Assembly (NCBI GenBank): GCA_965541615.1
Contig: CBEUCJ010000001.1
Coordinates: 195,754-259,753 of the forward strand
Source of the DNA: an uncultured bacterium
Lineage (GTDB): Bacteria; Omnitrophota; Gorgyraeia; Duberdicusellales; CBEUCJ01
DNA length: 64,000 nt
Direction of reading: 5' to 3'
Shown in pieces: positions 1-9,002 of the stretch. The number at the start of each line of letters is the position of its first letter. Positions within the stretch are counted from its first letter, which is position 1. A program made the position numbers and the translations under genes. The notes below the pieces were generated by a model that worked only from the letters and a program-made list of their open reading frames with translations, was not told the origin of the DNA and searched no databases.

Positions 1-494
1 TATATTTCAATTTCTATATATATATTGTTATCAAAAGAGAATTTTCTTTTGAGACTTTTTATTATTCTATGAAGGGTTTCTATCTCTAATAATTGGGGAG
101 TTCCCCCTCCAAAATGGACATTTATAATTTTGATATTATTGAGTATTCTTGAAATAATTCTTACTTCATTCTCTATGAGATTCAAAAAGTTTTTAGCATA
201 ATTTTTAAAAGGTTTTAAAGGTAAAGAAGGGCATACACAGTAAGGACATATTTTCTTACAAAAGGGATAATGAACATATAGAATTACATTTTTTATTTTT
301 CTTCTATTTCTCTTTATATACTCTATAAATTTATTCTTAGTACTTACTAGAGGAAAGTAATGAGGATAACCTATATTGAAAGGAGAAAGAATAATTCCCT
401 TTTCTATAACTCTTTCAATGATATTTATAATTTCTTTAGAGGTATAAAATAGAGATGATTCTTTAAGGATTTTTTTAATAACGTTTCTTATCAT
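1..494 (-). CDS. HemN/HemW-like radical SAM protein (partial; N-terminal ~164 aa, continues past the left edge)
   Basis: Manual minus-strand translation gives MIRNVIKK...ILYVHYPFCKKICPYCVCPS (CxxxCxxC) ...NVHFGGGTPQLL (HemN-type GGGTP motif). The ATG overlaps the TGA of the upstream gene (ATGA). Not in the ORF track because it is truncated by the window edge. Confidence 0.6.
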   Translation of the reverse strand, partial: MIRNVIKKILKESSLFYTSKEIINIIERVIEKGIILSPFNIGYPHYFPLVSTKNKFIEYIKRNRRKIKNVILYVHYPFCKKICPYCVCPSLPLKPFKNYAKNFLNLIENEVRIISRILNNIKIINVHFGGGTPQLLEIETLHRIIKSLKRKFSFDNNIYIEIEI

Positions 495-2173
495 CTTTTT
501 AGAATTTCTTTTTGAAGAGCATAAGCTATTGCTTCCTTAACCTGAAAAGATTCTTTTATTATTTTATTACCTACTGAAAACTCTGTGATACCTTTTATAT
601 CTATTTCCATAAATCCAGGTAATAATTCTTTCCCTTTCAAGTAAGAATAAGGAATAAATAAGAGAGAAATGAGAGGAATGAGAAAGTTATAACCTAAAGG
701 TAATTTATAACTATTATCTTTTTTTTCAAAGAATTTATTTTTATAAAGAAATTTTACAATCCTTTTCACAAATGATTTTTCTTTTGAAGGTAAGCTTTCC
801 AATATAAACTCAGGGATCTCCCCTTTATAGTAAAGAAATCTTATTAAAAGTGAATGAAAAAGGAGTAAGTTCCTTAAGAAAGGGTTTTTTGGAAAGGGAT
901 AGTATGTAGAGAAGAGAAAGTTCTCTAATGAATTTTCTTTTTGTAGAGAACTATGCCACCCCTTCCAGTCCCATCTATTATACCAAATTGGAGAAGTAAG
1001 GTATGGACTAAAAAGAGATTTTGCAAATGGTCCTATTCCTATAAGAATTCCGTAAATAGATGGCATATAGTAGTAATATTCATAAGAAAAAGGAGTAGGA
1101 CTACTACTTTCAGAAGTAGGGGAAGAAAAAACTCTCAACTTGTAATCAAAGTCTCCATTTCTTATAAAGATCTTTGCTTCTTGAGAAAATCTTATAACCG
1201 TATTTAAGAAATAAAAAGTTTCCCATATCCCTGCGTGATTATCTAAGAGTTCAAATTTTCCTAAGCGATAGTTTCGTGGAGTGACTATATATCTTCCTAT
1301 ATCAATTGAAAACCTTACATCTTTACTATCTTTGAAGAAATTTATTAAAGAGAAAACATCTTTAAGAGAATCTGAAATAGGGAGATAAGGTAAACCATAT
1401 AATAAATCTATATTAACTAAGGGAATCCTAAATTTTGATTTTAAATCCTCTAGTAATCCCCAAATAAGTTCACTGTCCCCCCCTCTTCCTAAGAATTTTC
1501 TTACTTTGTTGTTAAAAGTTTGCACTCCTAACGATATTCTTTTACATCCATTTTCTTGTAGAAGATTTATAATTTCTTCAATTCCTTCTTCTTCAGGAGA
1601 AAGTTCCACCTCCCAATATACTTTTTCAAAAAATTTGTTTCCATACATTTCTCTGAAATTTTTAAATAAGTTGACGAACCCCTTAATACTTAACAAATTA
1701 GGTGTTCCTCCTCCTATGTGAATTAACTTAGGTTCCAAAAGTCTAAAAAAGTCATCTTTGTTAAGATGAGGATGGATTATTCTTAACAATTGAATACTGA
1801 GAGGGCCTCCTTTTTTCTTATATAATTTATATAATCCCTTAATCCATATCTCAAGTTCTTTCTTACAGAGTTTGCCAAACATATTATTAAATTTTATAAG
1901 CTCTTTGTTATTTTTATGATATATTCCTCCAAACATACAAAATTTGCAGATACGTCTACAGAAAGGATAGTGGATGTATACTCCACAATTAAATTCTTTT
2001 TTTTTAATTTCTTCTAAAAAAAATTTTGGGATTTTCTCAGTAAAGTTGAGAGAAGGAAAGTTAAAAATAGAATGTTTTTGGATGAAATTTTTATCTTCAA
2101 TACTGATATGTCCGCTTCCTGGGAATAAAGTTATTAATTGCCAAAAGAAAGGATTCTTTAGTAATTTTTCCAT
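491..2173 (-). CDS. HemN-like radical SAM protein (coproporphyrinogen-III-oxidase family), unusually long at 560 aa
   Basis: VYIHYPFCRRICKFCMFGG (CxxxCxxC in the HemN YxHxPFC context); HIGGGTP motif further on. About 100 aa longer than typical HemN/HemW. Confidence 0.6.
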   Translation of the reverse strand: MEKLLKNPFFWQLITLFPGSGHISIEDKNFIQKHSIFNFPSLNFTEKIPKFFLEEIKKKEFNCGVYIHYPFCRRICKFCMFGGIYHKNNKELIKFNNMFGKLCKKELEIWIKGLYKLYKKKGGPLSIQLLRIIHPHLNKDDFFRLLEPKLIHIGGGTPNLLSIKGFVNLFKNFREMYGNKFFEKVYWEVELSPEEEGIEEIINLLQENGCKRISLGVQTFNNKVRKFLGRGGDSELIWGLLEDLKSKFRIPLVNIDLLYGLPYLPISDSLKDVFSLINFFKDSKDVRFSIDIGRYIVTPRNYRLGKFELLDNHAGIWETFYFLNTVIRFSQEAKIFIRNGDFDYKLRVFSSPTSESSSPTPFSYEYYYYMPSIYGILIGIGPFAKSLFSPYLTSPIWYNRWDWKGWHSSLQKENSLENFLFSTYYPFPKNPFLRNLLLFHSLLIRFLYYKGEIPEFILESLPSKEKSFVKRIVKFLYKNKFFEKKDNSYKLPLGYNFLIPLISLLFIPYSYLKGKELLPGFMEIDIKGITEFSVGNKIIKESFQVKEAIAYALQKEILKR

Positions 2174-2243
2174 TTCTCTTGAAAATCTTCACGGAACATT
2201 ATATATTATAATGGAAAGGTAATCAAGAGAAAGGAGGGATAGG

Positions 2244-2465
2244 ATGCAGAATAAGTTTATAAAAATTACAACTCTTCCATTAGTACCATTCATTACTCTT
2301 TTATTTCATGTTCAGAAAAGTGAAGCTATAGTCAATATGTCTAACGCTTCTAAAAAAATAGTGAAAAAACAATATTTATCAAATTTATTTGAAGAAATAG
2401 CAAAAGACTTTCAAAAAGAGGATATAGAGAAAAAGACTATAATGATTGCTTTCGCGTGTTATTAA
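2244..2465 (+). CDS. hypothetical small protein
   Basis: ORF only; no recognisable motif. Confidence 0.2.
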   Translation: MQNKFIKITTLPLVPFITLLFHVQKSEAIVNMSNASKKIVKKQYLSNLFEEIAKDFQKEDIEKKTIMIAFACY

Positions 2466-2959
2466 GGTTATTTTTTATATTTTTAAGAAAAAAGTTTAGA
2501 ATAAAAGGAGTCTTAGTCTCTTTATTGCTTATGACACTTATAACAACTGTAATCCTAGGAAGAACAAAATGTTACTTGCCTCTTTTAATTTTTCCTTTTA
2601 AATTGTCATCTTGTTTATCATCTTATACTCAGGAAAAAGGAATAAAAAGAGATACTTTCTTAGAAGCGAAGGTATGTTCATTATATAGAATAAAATACAT
2701 CCTTGAGCAAGAGAATATAGACAAAGATAAAAGAGACGAATTATTAAATCTATTTTTTCTTGTCCTTCTTAAATCTCCCTGCCCTATGTATATCAAAGAA
2801 GCTATGGATGCTCTTTCTGTAATTCATAATAAAATAGAAGAAAACAATATAAAAGAGCTAAAGAGGATATTTTATGAGGAGAAGAAAAAAGTTATTGAAG
2901 AATTGCTTCATAGTTATAGGAATCTATCTTTTGTTTTTAGCTGGAGACAGTTATTGTAA
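2456..2959 (+). CDS. hypothetical protein (N-terminal hydrophobic segment)
   Basis: ORF only. Its 3' end overlaps the predicted start of the next gene, so one of the two starts is probably wrong. Confidence 0.2.
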   Translation: MLLRLFFIFLRKKFRIKGVLVSLLLMTLITTVILGRTKCYLPLLIFPFKLSSCLSSYTQEKGIKRDTFLEAKVCSLYRIKYILEQENIDKDKRDELLNLFFLVLLKSPCPMYIKEAMDALSVIHNKIEENNIKELKRIFYEEKKKVIEELLHSYRNLSFVFSWRQLL

Positions 2960-4607
2960 AGAAACTTTTCGAACTCCGTATTTTGATATTACTTTAGACT
3001 CATTTAAAATAGAAAAAGGATTATTAAGCTTTAGTATAGAATCAGTAAAAAAGAAAGTTCCTATCTATGTTAAGTTTACCTCAATAAAAGATCCTACCTA
3101 CCATTTTTTTCTTTTCTACAAGGATAATATAGAAAAATGTTTTTTTTCATTTAGAAAGGTCCCTTTCGTTATTCTGAATAAAAAACGTTATATAATTTAT
3201 TCTTCTATCTATAATCCTTATCATCCATTAGAAAGAAATTTTTTATTCAGTTATCCTTATATTTTAACTTTTGAAACAGATGGCTTTTCTTTATCTTTTT
3301 TTGTATATGTTACTACGAAAAATTTCTCAAGAGAGTTAAAACAGTTATTTGAAAATAATACACTTCTTTCTCATCCTGAAGGTGTAGATATGGTAAGATC
3401 AGTATTTTCTCCTAAGTTGGCAGAATATTTAAAATACGATAAGATGCTTCTTGATACTTTATTATCTCATCCCCATAGTAGAAAGTTAATGTATTCTCGT
3501 AATGCTTCTGAGTTTATTCTCTCTTCCTCTAATGATGGTTGTTTAACCAGAGAGGAGATAAAGAACTTTATAGAAACTTTTAAAGTCGTCCCTACTTCTC
3601 AGATATATCCAAAAAGTGCAGAGATTTTCTATTTCTTAGATGAACGAATACCACCTTTTACTGAGTTTTTAAATGACATACGAAAGATAATCACTCCTTT
3701 TGAAAAAGGATGGATGTGGATGCTTCTTAACAATGTAGATAGTAATACCTTTCTTGTATTGTTGTTGGATAAGAGTTGTATCATTATAAAAGATAATAAA
3801 ATAATAAAAGTATTCAAAGGTTATTCTTTTAAAAAAAACATTGTAATGAAAAACATCCCTTTAGTAATTGTGAACTTTGAAAAAAATTGGTGTTTTATAG
3901 AGAAAGAAATCCCCAAATGGGTGAAGTCAGTTCTTAATGTTTTAGGCTTAACTGGTGATGATGTGAGATTGGTTAAAAGAGAATTTATACCCACTGAAGA
4001 ACTAGAAGTATTGAAAAAGTATCGTGAGATTATAAAAAAATCATCTTTAGAAATGGAAATAACTCGGAATTCTTATTTACTTTTAAAGTTTAGTAAGGAT
4101 GAAAATAGCTTTTATAATAAAAGGAATAAAATGTTTACCTCCCTTATTTATGCTAATCTTATCGATCCTATCGCAAGATATATAGTCAATGAATCTCTAT
4201 GGGAGAGTAAGTTCGATATATATACTATTTTTACTCTATATAGACATTACACTACTGAGGATAGTTGGCTTAGATACATAGTCCATGGAATGAAATTGGA
4301 GGGTATTTACTATACTATTAGTGGAAGTTATAGAAGCAAATTAGGTCATTGTATTACAAGAGCAATTGCTTCAGCAGCCCTCTCTTTAATGATAAATGAA
4401 CCAGTTGATTGTTATCTTATATATGGTTTCGATGATAAGAATAACCTTTTAATGTATCATGCCTTTTGCTGGTTGCCGAGAGAAAAAATACTTTTAGAAA
4501 GAAGCAATCCTATTAGGAACATATTGGTTCCTTGTCTTTCTCCTCTGTTCTATACTTCAGATAAATTGGAGATATTGTGGGAGTTTCATTCTCCTCAACG
4601 AAAATAG
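2874..4607 (+). CDS. secreted transglutaminase-like / papain-fold cysteine peptidase domain protein
   Basis: N-terminal signal-like segment. The C-terminus reads LGHCITRAIASAALSL...YLIYGFDD...MYHAFCWLP, resembling the Cys...His...Asp core of transglutaminase-like domains (G-x-C / HAW-like). Confidence 0.35.
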   Translation: MRRRKKLLKNCFIVIGIYLLFLAGDSYCKETFRTPYFDITLDSFKIEKGLLSFSIESVKKKVPIYVKFTSIKDPTYHFFLFYKDNIEKCFFSFRKVPFVILNKKRYIIYSSIYNPYHPLERNFLFSYPYILTFETDGFSLSFFVYVTTKNFSRELKQLFENNTLLSHPEGVDMVRSVFSPKLAEYLKYDKMLLDTLLSHPHSRKLMYSRNASEFILSSSNDGCLTREEIKNFIETFKVVPTSQIYPKSAEIFYFLDERIPPFTEFLNDIRKIITPFEKGWMWMLLNNVDSNTFLVLLLDKSCIIIKDNKIIKVFKGYSFKKNIVMKNIPLVIVNFEKNWCFIEKEIPKWVKSVLNVLGLTGDDVRLVKREFIPTEELEVLKKYREIIKKSSLEMEITRNSYLLLKFSKDENSFYNKRNKMFTSLIYANLIDPIARYIVNESLWESKFDIYTIFTLYRHYTTEDSWLRYIVHGMKLEGIYYTISGSYRSKLGHCITRAIASAALSLMINEPVDCYLIYGFDDKNNLLMYHAFCWLPREKILLERSNPIRNILVPCLSPLFYTSDKLEILWEFHSPQRK

Positions 4608-4652
4608 CCCCTCTAAAAAAAGAAAATGGCAGGTTTGTGAAAGAAGTAAACT

Positions 4653-5852
4653 ATGTCTATTAAATTAATGAGAAGATTGGATTATTGGCTAGGTATTCCT
4701 TTGTGCTTTTTGTTTACTTTTTTTGTCCATTTCTCAAAATTATTCTTATTTAAAGAAAAGAAGAAAGACATCAAAAAAATATTGTTTATTAAACTTTCAG
4801 AAATAGGAAGTATTATTTTAGCTTATCCTTTACTTCAATGCACAAAGAGGAGATACCCTCAAAGTGAAATATTTTTTCTTAGTTTTAAAGAAAATGAAGC
4901 TATTTTGGAGGTATTAAAGATTTCTAAAGATAGGATACTGAGTATAAGAAAAGGTTCTATAAAAGAGTTTATTTTAGATACCTTGAGAATGATAAAAAAA
5001 TTAAGAAAAGAAAATATAGATGTTGTTTTTGATTTAGAGTTTTTTTCTCGTTTTACAGCTATTTTATCTTTTTTAATAAAAGCAAAGAAAAGAGTAGGGT
5101 TTTATCACTATACTTTTGAAGGTCTCTATAGAGGAGAATTATTAACTCATAAAATTCAATACAATCCTTTAATCCACATAAGTAAAGTTTATTTATCTTT
5201 TTTACAAGTGATAGAAAAAGAAAAGAAAAATACACCTGAATTAGAAGAAAAAATCAATGAAGATGATATTAATTTACCGAAATTTGCTGCTTCTGAACAG
5301 GAGAAAAAGGAAATGTTAAATAAATTGAAAGATGCAGGTATAAATGAAAAAGCAAAGTTATTCCTCATTAATTTAGGTGAAGGAAATATCCCTTTAAGAG
5401 AATGGCCTTTAGAAAACTTTATTTCTCTTTCAAAGATGATTTTAGAAGATGATGAAGAAAACTGCATTATTATTGTAGGAAAAAATTTATCTTACAAAGT
5501 AAAAGAGTTTTGCAAAAAATTCTCTGAAAAAAGAGTTATAAATTTAGCAGGAAAGACTACGCTTAAAGAATTATTAACTCTTTTTGAAATTTCTGAAGCT
5601 TTGATATGTTGTGATTGCGGTTTAGCACATTTAGCTTCTTTAACCTCAGTTAAAAAATTTGTAATATTTGGTCCAGAATCTCCGCTGGTTTTTTCTCCTT
5701 TGGGAGAAAATACTTATATAATATATTCAAATCTTCCGTGTTCTCCTTGCCTTTCTATTTTAAACCATAGATGTTCTGCATGTAAGGATAATAAATGTTT
5801 AAAGGTAATTAAATCAGAAGAAGTTTACAGAGTAGTGAAATCTGCTGTATGA
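4653..5852 (+). CDS. glycosyltransferase family 9 (heptosyltransferase-like)
   Basis: KILFIKLSEIGSIILAYPLL (GT9 N-terminal motif); LINLGEGNIPLREWPLENF; CCDCGLAHLASLTSVKKFVIFGPESP (GT9 C-terminal donor-binding motif). Confidence 0.6.
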   Translation: MSIKLMRRLDYWLGIPLCFLFTFFVHFSKLFLFKEKKKDIKKILFIKLSEIGSIILAYPLLQCTKRRYPQSEIFFLSFKENEAILEVLKISKDRILSIRKGSIKEFILDTLRMIKKLRKENIDVVFDLEFFSRFTAILSFLIKAKKRVGFYHYTFEGLYRGELLTHKIQYNPLIHISKVYLSFLQVIEKEKKNTPELEEKINEDDINLPKFAASEQEKKEMLNKLKDAGINEKAKLFLINLGEGNIPLREWPLENFISLSKMILEDDEENCIIIVGKNLSYKVKEFCKKFSEKRVINLAGKTTLKELLTLFEISEALICCDCGLAHLASLTSVKKFVIFGPESPLVFSPLGENTYIIYSNLPCSPCLSILNHRCSACKDNKCLKVIKSEEVYRVVKSAV

Positions 5853-6943
5853 AAGTGATATTTATTTCCAGAGAGTGTTATGAATTTCCAGGAGGAAGAA
5901 TTAGGAGTTATGAGTTTTCTGAAGAGCTTGAAAAAAGGGGAATAGATACTTCTTTTTTCTTTTTTATAGATAATAAAAAAGAATATTTAGAAAGAGATAT
6001 TCTTTTAAGAGAAAAAATTATACTCACTTTTAAAAGCCTTCCATATTTTCTTAGACAAAGAAATTGTATTTTTGTAGTGAATAGATTTAATTATCATTCT
6101 CTTTGCGTATGGTTAGTTTCTTTATTTAAAAAAATCCCTTATGTATTTGATATGGATGATTGGGAGTCTCGTCAAGATACAGGATATTATTTTGGTATAT
6201 TTCCTAAATCAAAATCTGAATATTTATCCAGAATATTTGCTCATAATAGTAGATTTTGTATAGCTGCAAGTCATTATCTTAAAGATTATTTATCTCAATT
6301 TAATAAGAAAGTGTATCTTATTCCCACCGGTATAGATACCAATCTATTTAAACCAAAACATAATTGTGATAAAAAAGAAGTTATATTCTCTTGGCATGGA
6401 TTAATAAATAGAAAAGAGATCGTTGATTATCTTAAATTTGTAATAGAATGTTTTATTATTGTCAATAGAGAAATTAAACATACTCAACTATGGATAAAAG
6501 GGACAGGTATTTTCATCAAAGATTTTTTAGAAATATTAAAAAATTATAGAAATGAGAATATAAAATACTTTAGATGGTCACATCCTTTGACTATTCCTTC
6601 TTATTTAGATAAAGTAGATATAGGACTTTTCCCTTTGCTTGAGAGAACGCATTTTAATCTGGCAAAATTTCCTGTAAAAGTAGTTGAATATATGGCAAAG
6701 AAAATTCCTGTTATTGCTTCAAATATGGGTGAAGTAAAATATATAATAAAACACAATTATAATGGATTCTTAGCTAATTCAAAGGAAGAGTTTGTTGATT
6801 ATATGTTAAAATTAGCAAAGGACAGATTTTTAAGAGAAAAAATAGGCAAAAATGCTTACGAAACTGTAAAAGAAAAGTATTCTTTAAGTCTATTGGGAGG
6901 AAAATTATATAAAATATTTAAAGAAAATTTTGAACAGTTATAA
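5849..6943 (+). CDS. glycosyltransferase, GT1/GT4 (GT-B) family
   Basis: The C-terminal region VVEYMAKKIPVIASNMGEVKYIIKHNYNGFLANSKEEFVDYMLKL is typical of a GT4 nucleotide-sugar-binding domain. Confidence 0.55.
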   Translation: MKVIFISRECYEFPGGRIRSYEFSEELEKRGIDTSFFFFIDNKKEYLERDILLREKIILTFKSLPYFLRQRNCIFVVNRFNYHSLCVWLVSLFKKIPYVFDMDDWESRQDTGYYFGIFPKSKSEYLSRIFAHNSRFCIAASHYLKDYLSQFNKKVYLIPTGIDTNLFKPKHNCDKKEVIFSWHGLINRKEIVDYLKFVIECFIIVNREIKHTQLWIKGTGIFIKDFLEILKNYRNENIKYFRWSHPLTIPSYLDKVDIGLFPLLERTHFNLAKFPVKVVEYMAKKIPVIASNMGEVKYIIKHNYNGFLANSKEEFVDYMLKLAKDRFLREKIGKNAYETVKEKYSLSLLGGKLYKIFKENFEQL

Positions 6944-6949
6944 AGAAAA

Positions 6950-8233
6950 ATGGAGAAAAAAATTGTTATTTTAGGAGGAGGATTAGCAGGAGTATCTTTA
7001 GCCTATTTTTTAAAAAATAAAAATTTTCTTTTATTTGAAAAAGAAAAAGAATTAGGAGGTTTGTGTAGGACAAAAAGAAAAAATAATTTTTTATTTGATT
7101 TTTGTGGTCATGTTTTACATTTTAAACATAAAGAAATATTTTATCTAATAAGAAAACTTTTGGGTAAAGATTTATTAAGACATAAAAGAAATTCTGTAGT
7201 ATACTGTTTTAAAAGATTTATTCCTTATCCTTTTCAAGTGAATCTTTATAATCTACCTTTTAAAATTACAAAAGGATGCTTTAGTGATTTTGTAAAAATT
7301 TATTTTGATGGGAAAAAAGAGCCTTCTAATTTTTTAGAATGGTGTTATAAAAATTTTGGAAAAAGCATTACTGATCATTTTATGAGACCTTATAATGAAA
7401 AATTCTGGACTTATCCTTTAGAAAAGTTAAACTGGGAATGGGCAGAAAAAGTAATAATCGTTCCTACACTAAATCAACTTTTAGAAGGTACACTTAAAGA
7501 AAATAAAAAAAACTTAGGATACAATTCTTTTTTCTGGTATCCTAAAAAAGGAGGTATAGATAATCTTATAAAAGCTTTTTTGTTGCATATTGATTCTAAG
7601 AAGATATTTAAAGAATGTGAAGTTGTAAAAATAGACCCTATTTTAAAAAGAGTAGAGTTTAAAAATGGGCTTAAAGAAAAATATGATGTATTGATTTCTA
7701 CTTTACCTTTACCAGACTTACCTAAGATTTTAAACTTTCCAAGTTTTATTTTAAAATTTTTTAAAAAATTGAAATGGATTTCTATTTTTAATCTTAATTT
7801 AGGAGTAAAAGAAAAGTCTAAACAATGGCATTGGATATATTTTCCTGAAAAAGAATTTAGTTTCTATAGAGTAGGTTTTTTTAACAATTTTTTTCAAAAT
7901 TCATTTAATACTTCTCTGTATACAGAGGTTTCCTATTCTCAAAATAAGCCTATAGATAAAAGAAAAATAGTTGGAAAGATAATCAAAGATTTGCTAAAAA
8001 TAGGAATAATTGAAAAAAAAGAAAATATAAAAGAAATCGTTATTAATGATATAAAATATGCTTATCCTGTTTATGATTTGGACTGGAAAGAAGCTCGAGA
8101 AAAAATTTTAAATTATCTTGAAAAGTACAGGATTTTTTGTATAGGGCGATTCGGAAACTGGAAATATATGTCCATGGAGGATGTAATATTAGAAAGTTTG
8201 AAATTTTCAAAATTTATAAATGAGAATTTTTGA
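6950..8233 (+). CDS. glf: FAD-dependent UDP-galactopyranose mutase (Glf) family enzyme
   Basis: N-terminal Rossmann KIVILGGGLAGVSLAYFL...EKEKELGGLCRT. The internal YNEKFW and FWYPKKGGIDNLI segments and the C-terminal IFCIGRFGNWKYMSMEDVILESL each parallel the corresponding Glf regions (YTEKQW, GGY, GRLAEYKYYDMHQVI). Confidence 0.5.
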   Translation: MEKKIVILGGGLAGVSLAYFLKNKNFLLFEKEKELGGLCRTKRKNNFLFDFCGHVLHFKHKEIFYLIRKLLGKDLLRHKRNSVVYCFKRFIPYPFQVNLYNLPFKITKGCFSDFVKIYFDGKKEPSNFLEWCYKNFGKSITDHFMRPYNEKFWTYPLEKLNWEWAEKVIIVPTLNQLLEGTLKENKKNLGYNSFFWYPKKGGIDNLIKAFLLHIDSKKIFKECEVVKIDPILKRVEFKNGLKEKYDVLISTLPLPDLPKILNFPSFILKFFKKLKWISIFNLNLGVKEKSKQWHWIYFPEKEFSFYRVGFFNNFFQNSFNTSLYTEVSYSQNKPIDKRKIVGKIIKDLLKIGIIEKKENIKEIVINDIKYAYPVYDLDWKEAREKILNYLEKYRIFCIGRFGNWKYMSMEDVILESLKFSKFINENF

Positions 8234-9002
8234 AAGATTTAAAAAGATTTATTTTTACCGTAATATTCTAAAAGAACTGACACTAAAGAATTTAAAAATA
8301 AAGTATTCTGGTTCTATGTTAGGTATATGGTGGGCAATAATTACTCCTTTAATTTTGGCAATAAGTATTAATTTTGTTTTTAATGTTGTTTTTAATATCG
8401 GTATCAAAAACTTTACTCTTTTTGCTCTTTCTGGAATCTTACCTTGGATATTTTTCTCTAATGCGTTATTCGAAACTACAAATTCTTTTGTAATTAATTC
8501 TCAAATTTTAAAACAGGCAATTTTTCCTCATGAGTTTATTCCTCTTTCTTCTATTTTAAGTAATTTCCTTAATTTTCTTATTGGATTTTTTGCTTTGCTA
8601 CCTTTATTTATTGTTTTCAATCATAAAATATTATTAATCTCCCCTTTTTTATTTTTAATATTACTTCTTCATCTTCTTTTTTTGATTGGTTTAGGATTTT
8701 TACTCTCTGTTTTAAATGTTTTTTTGCGTGATGTATCTTGTTTTTTATCTATAGTATTAATGATTTGGTTTTGGGTTACTCCAATATTTTATCCCATTGA
8801 TTTTTTAAAATTTCCTTACCGTTTAGTATGTATTTTAAATCCTTTAACTTATTACATAATTTCCTATCAGAAAATTCTTTTTAAAGGAGAATCTCTTTCT
8901 TTTTCAGAGATATTTATAATGCTATTTATTTCTTTACTTTTCTTTATTGGAGGTTATTCTTTTTTTATTAAAAAAGAAAAACTTTTGTTAAAAAGAATAT
9001 GA
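8220..9002 (+). CDS. wzm: ABC-2 type polysaccharide export permease (Wzm/TagG family)
   Basis: ILKELTLKNLKIKYSGSMLGIWWAIITPL is the ABC-2 permease signature; six or more hydrophobic helices; translationally coupled to the downstream ATPase. Confidence 0.65.
   Translation: MRIFERFKKIYFYRNILKELTLKNLKIKYSGSMLGIWWAIITPLILAISINFVFNVVFNIGIKNFTLFALSGILPWIFFSNALFETTNSFVINSQILKQAIFPHEFIPLSSILSNFLNFLIGFFALLPLFIVFNHKILLISPFLFLILLLHLLFLIGLGFLLSVLNVFLRDVSCFLSIVLMIWFWVTPIFYPIDFLKFPYRLVCILNPLTYYIISYQKILFKGESLSFSEIFIMLFISLLFFIGGYSFFIKKEKLLLKRI

Noticed and set aside
953-1721. Opposite-strand ORFs (84 aa, 71 aa) inside the long HemN-like gene, and similar antisense ORFs within wzt-region, leuS, MMPL and secA genes
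   Set aside because: They are Arg/Lys/Ser-rich mirror-frame artefacts of AT-rich coding sequence, fully embedded in well-supported genes.
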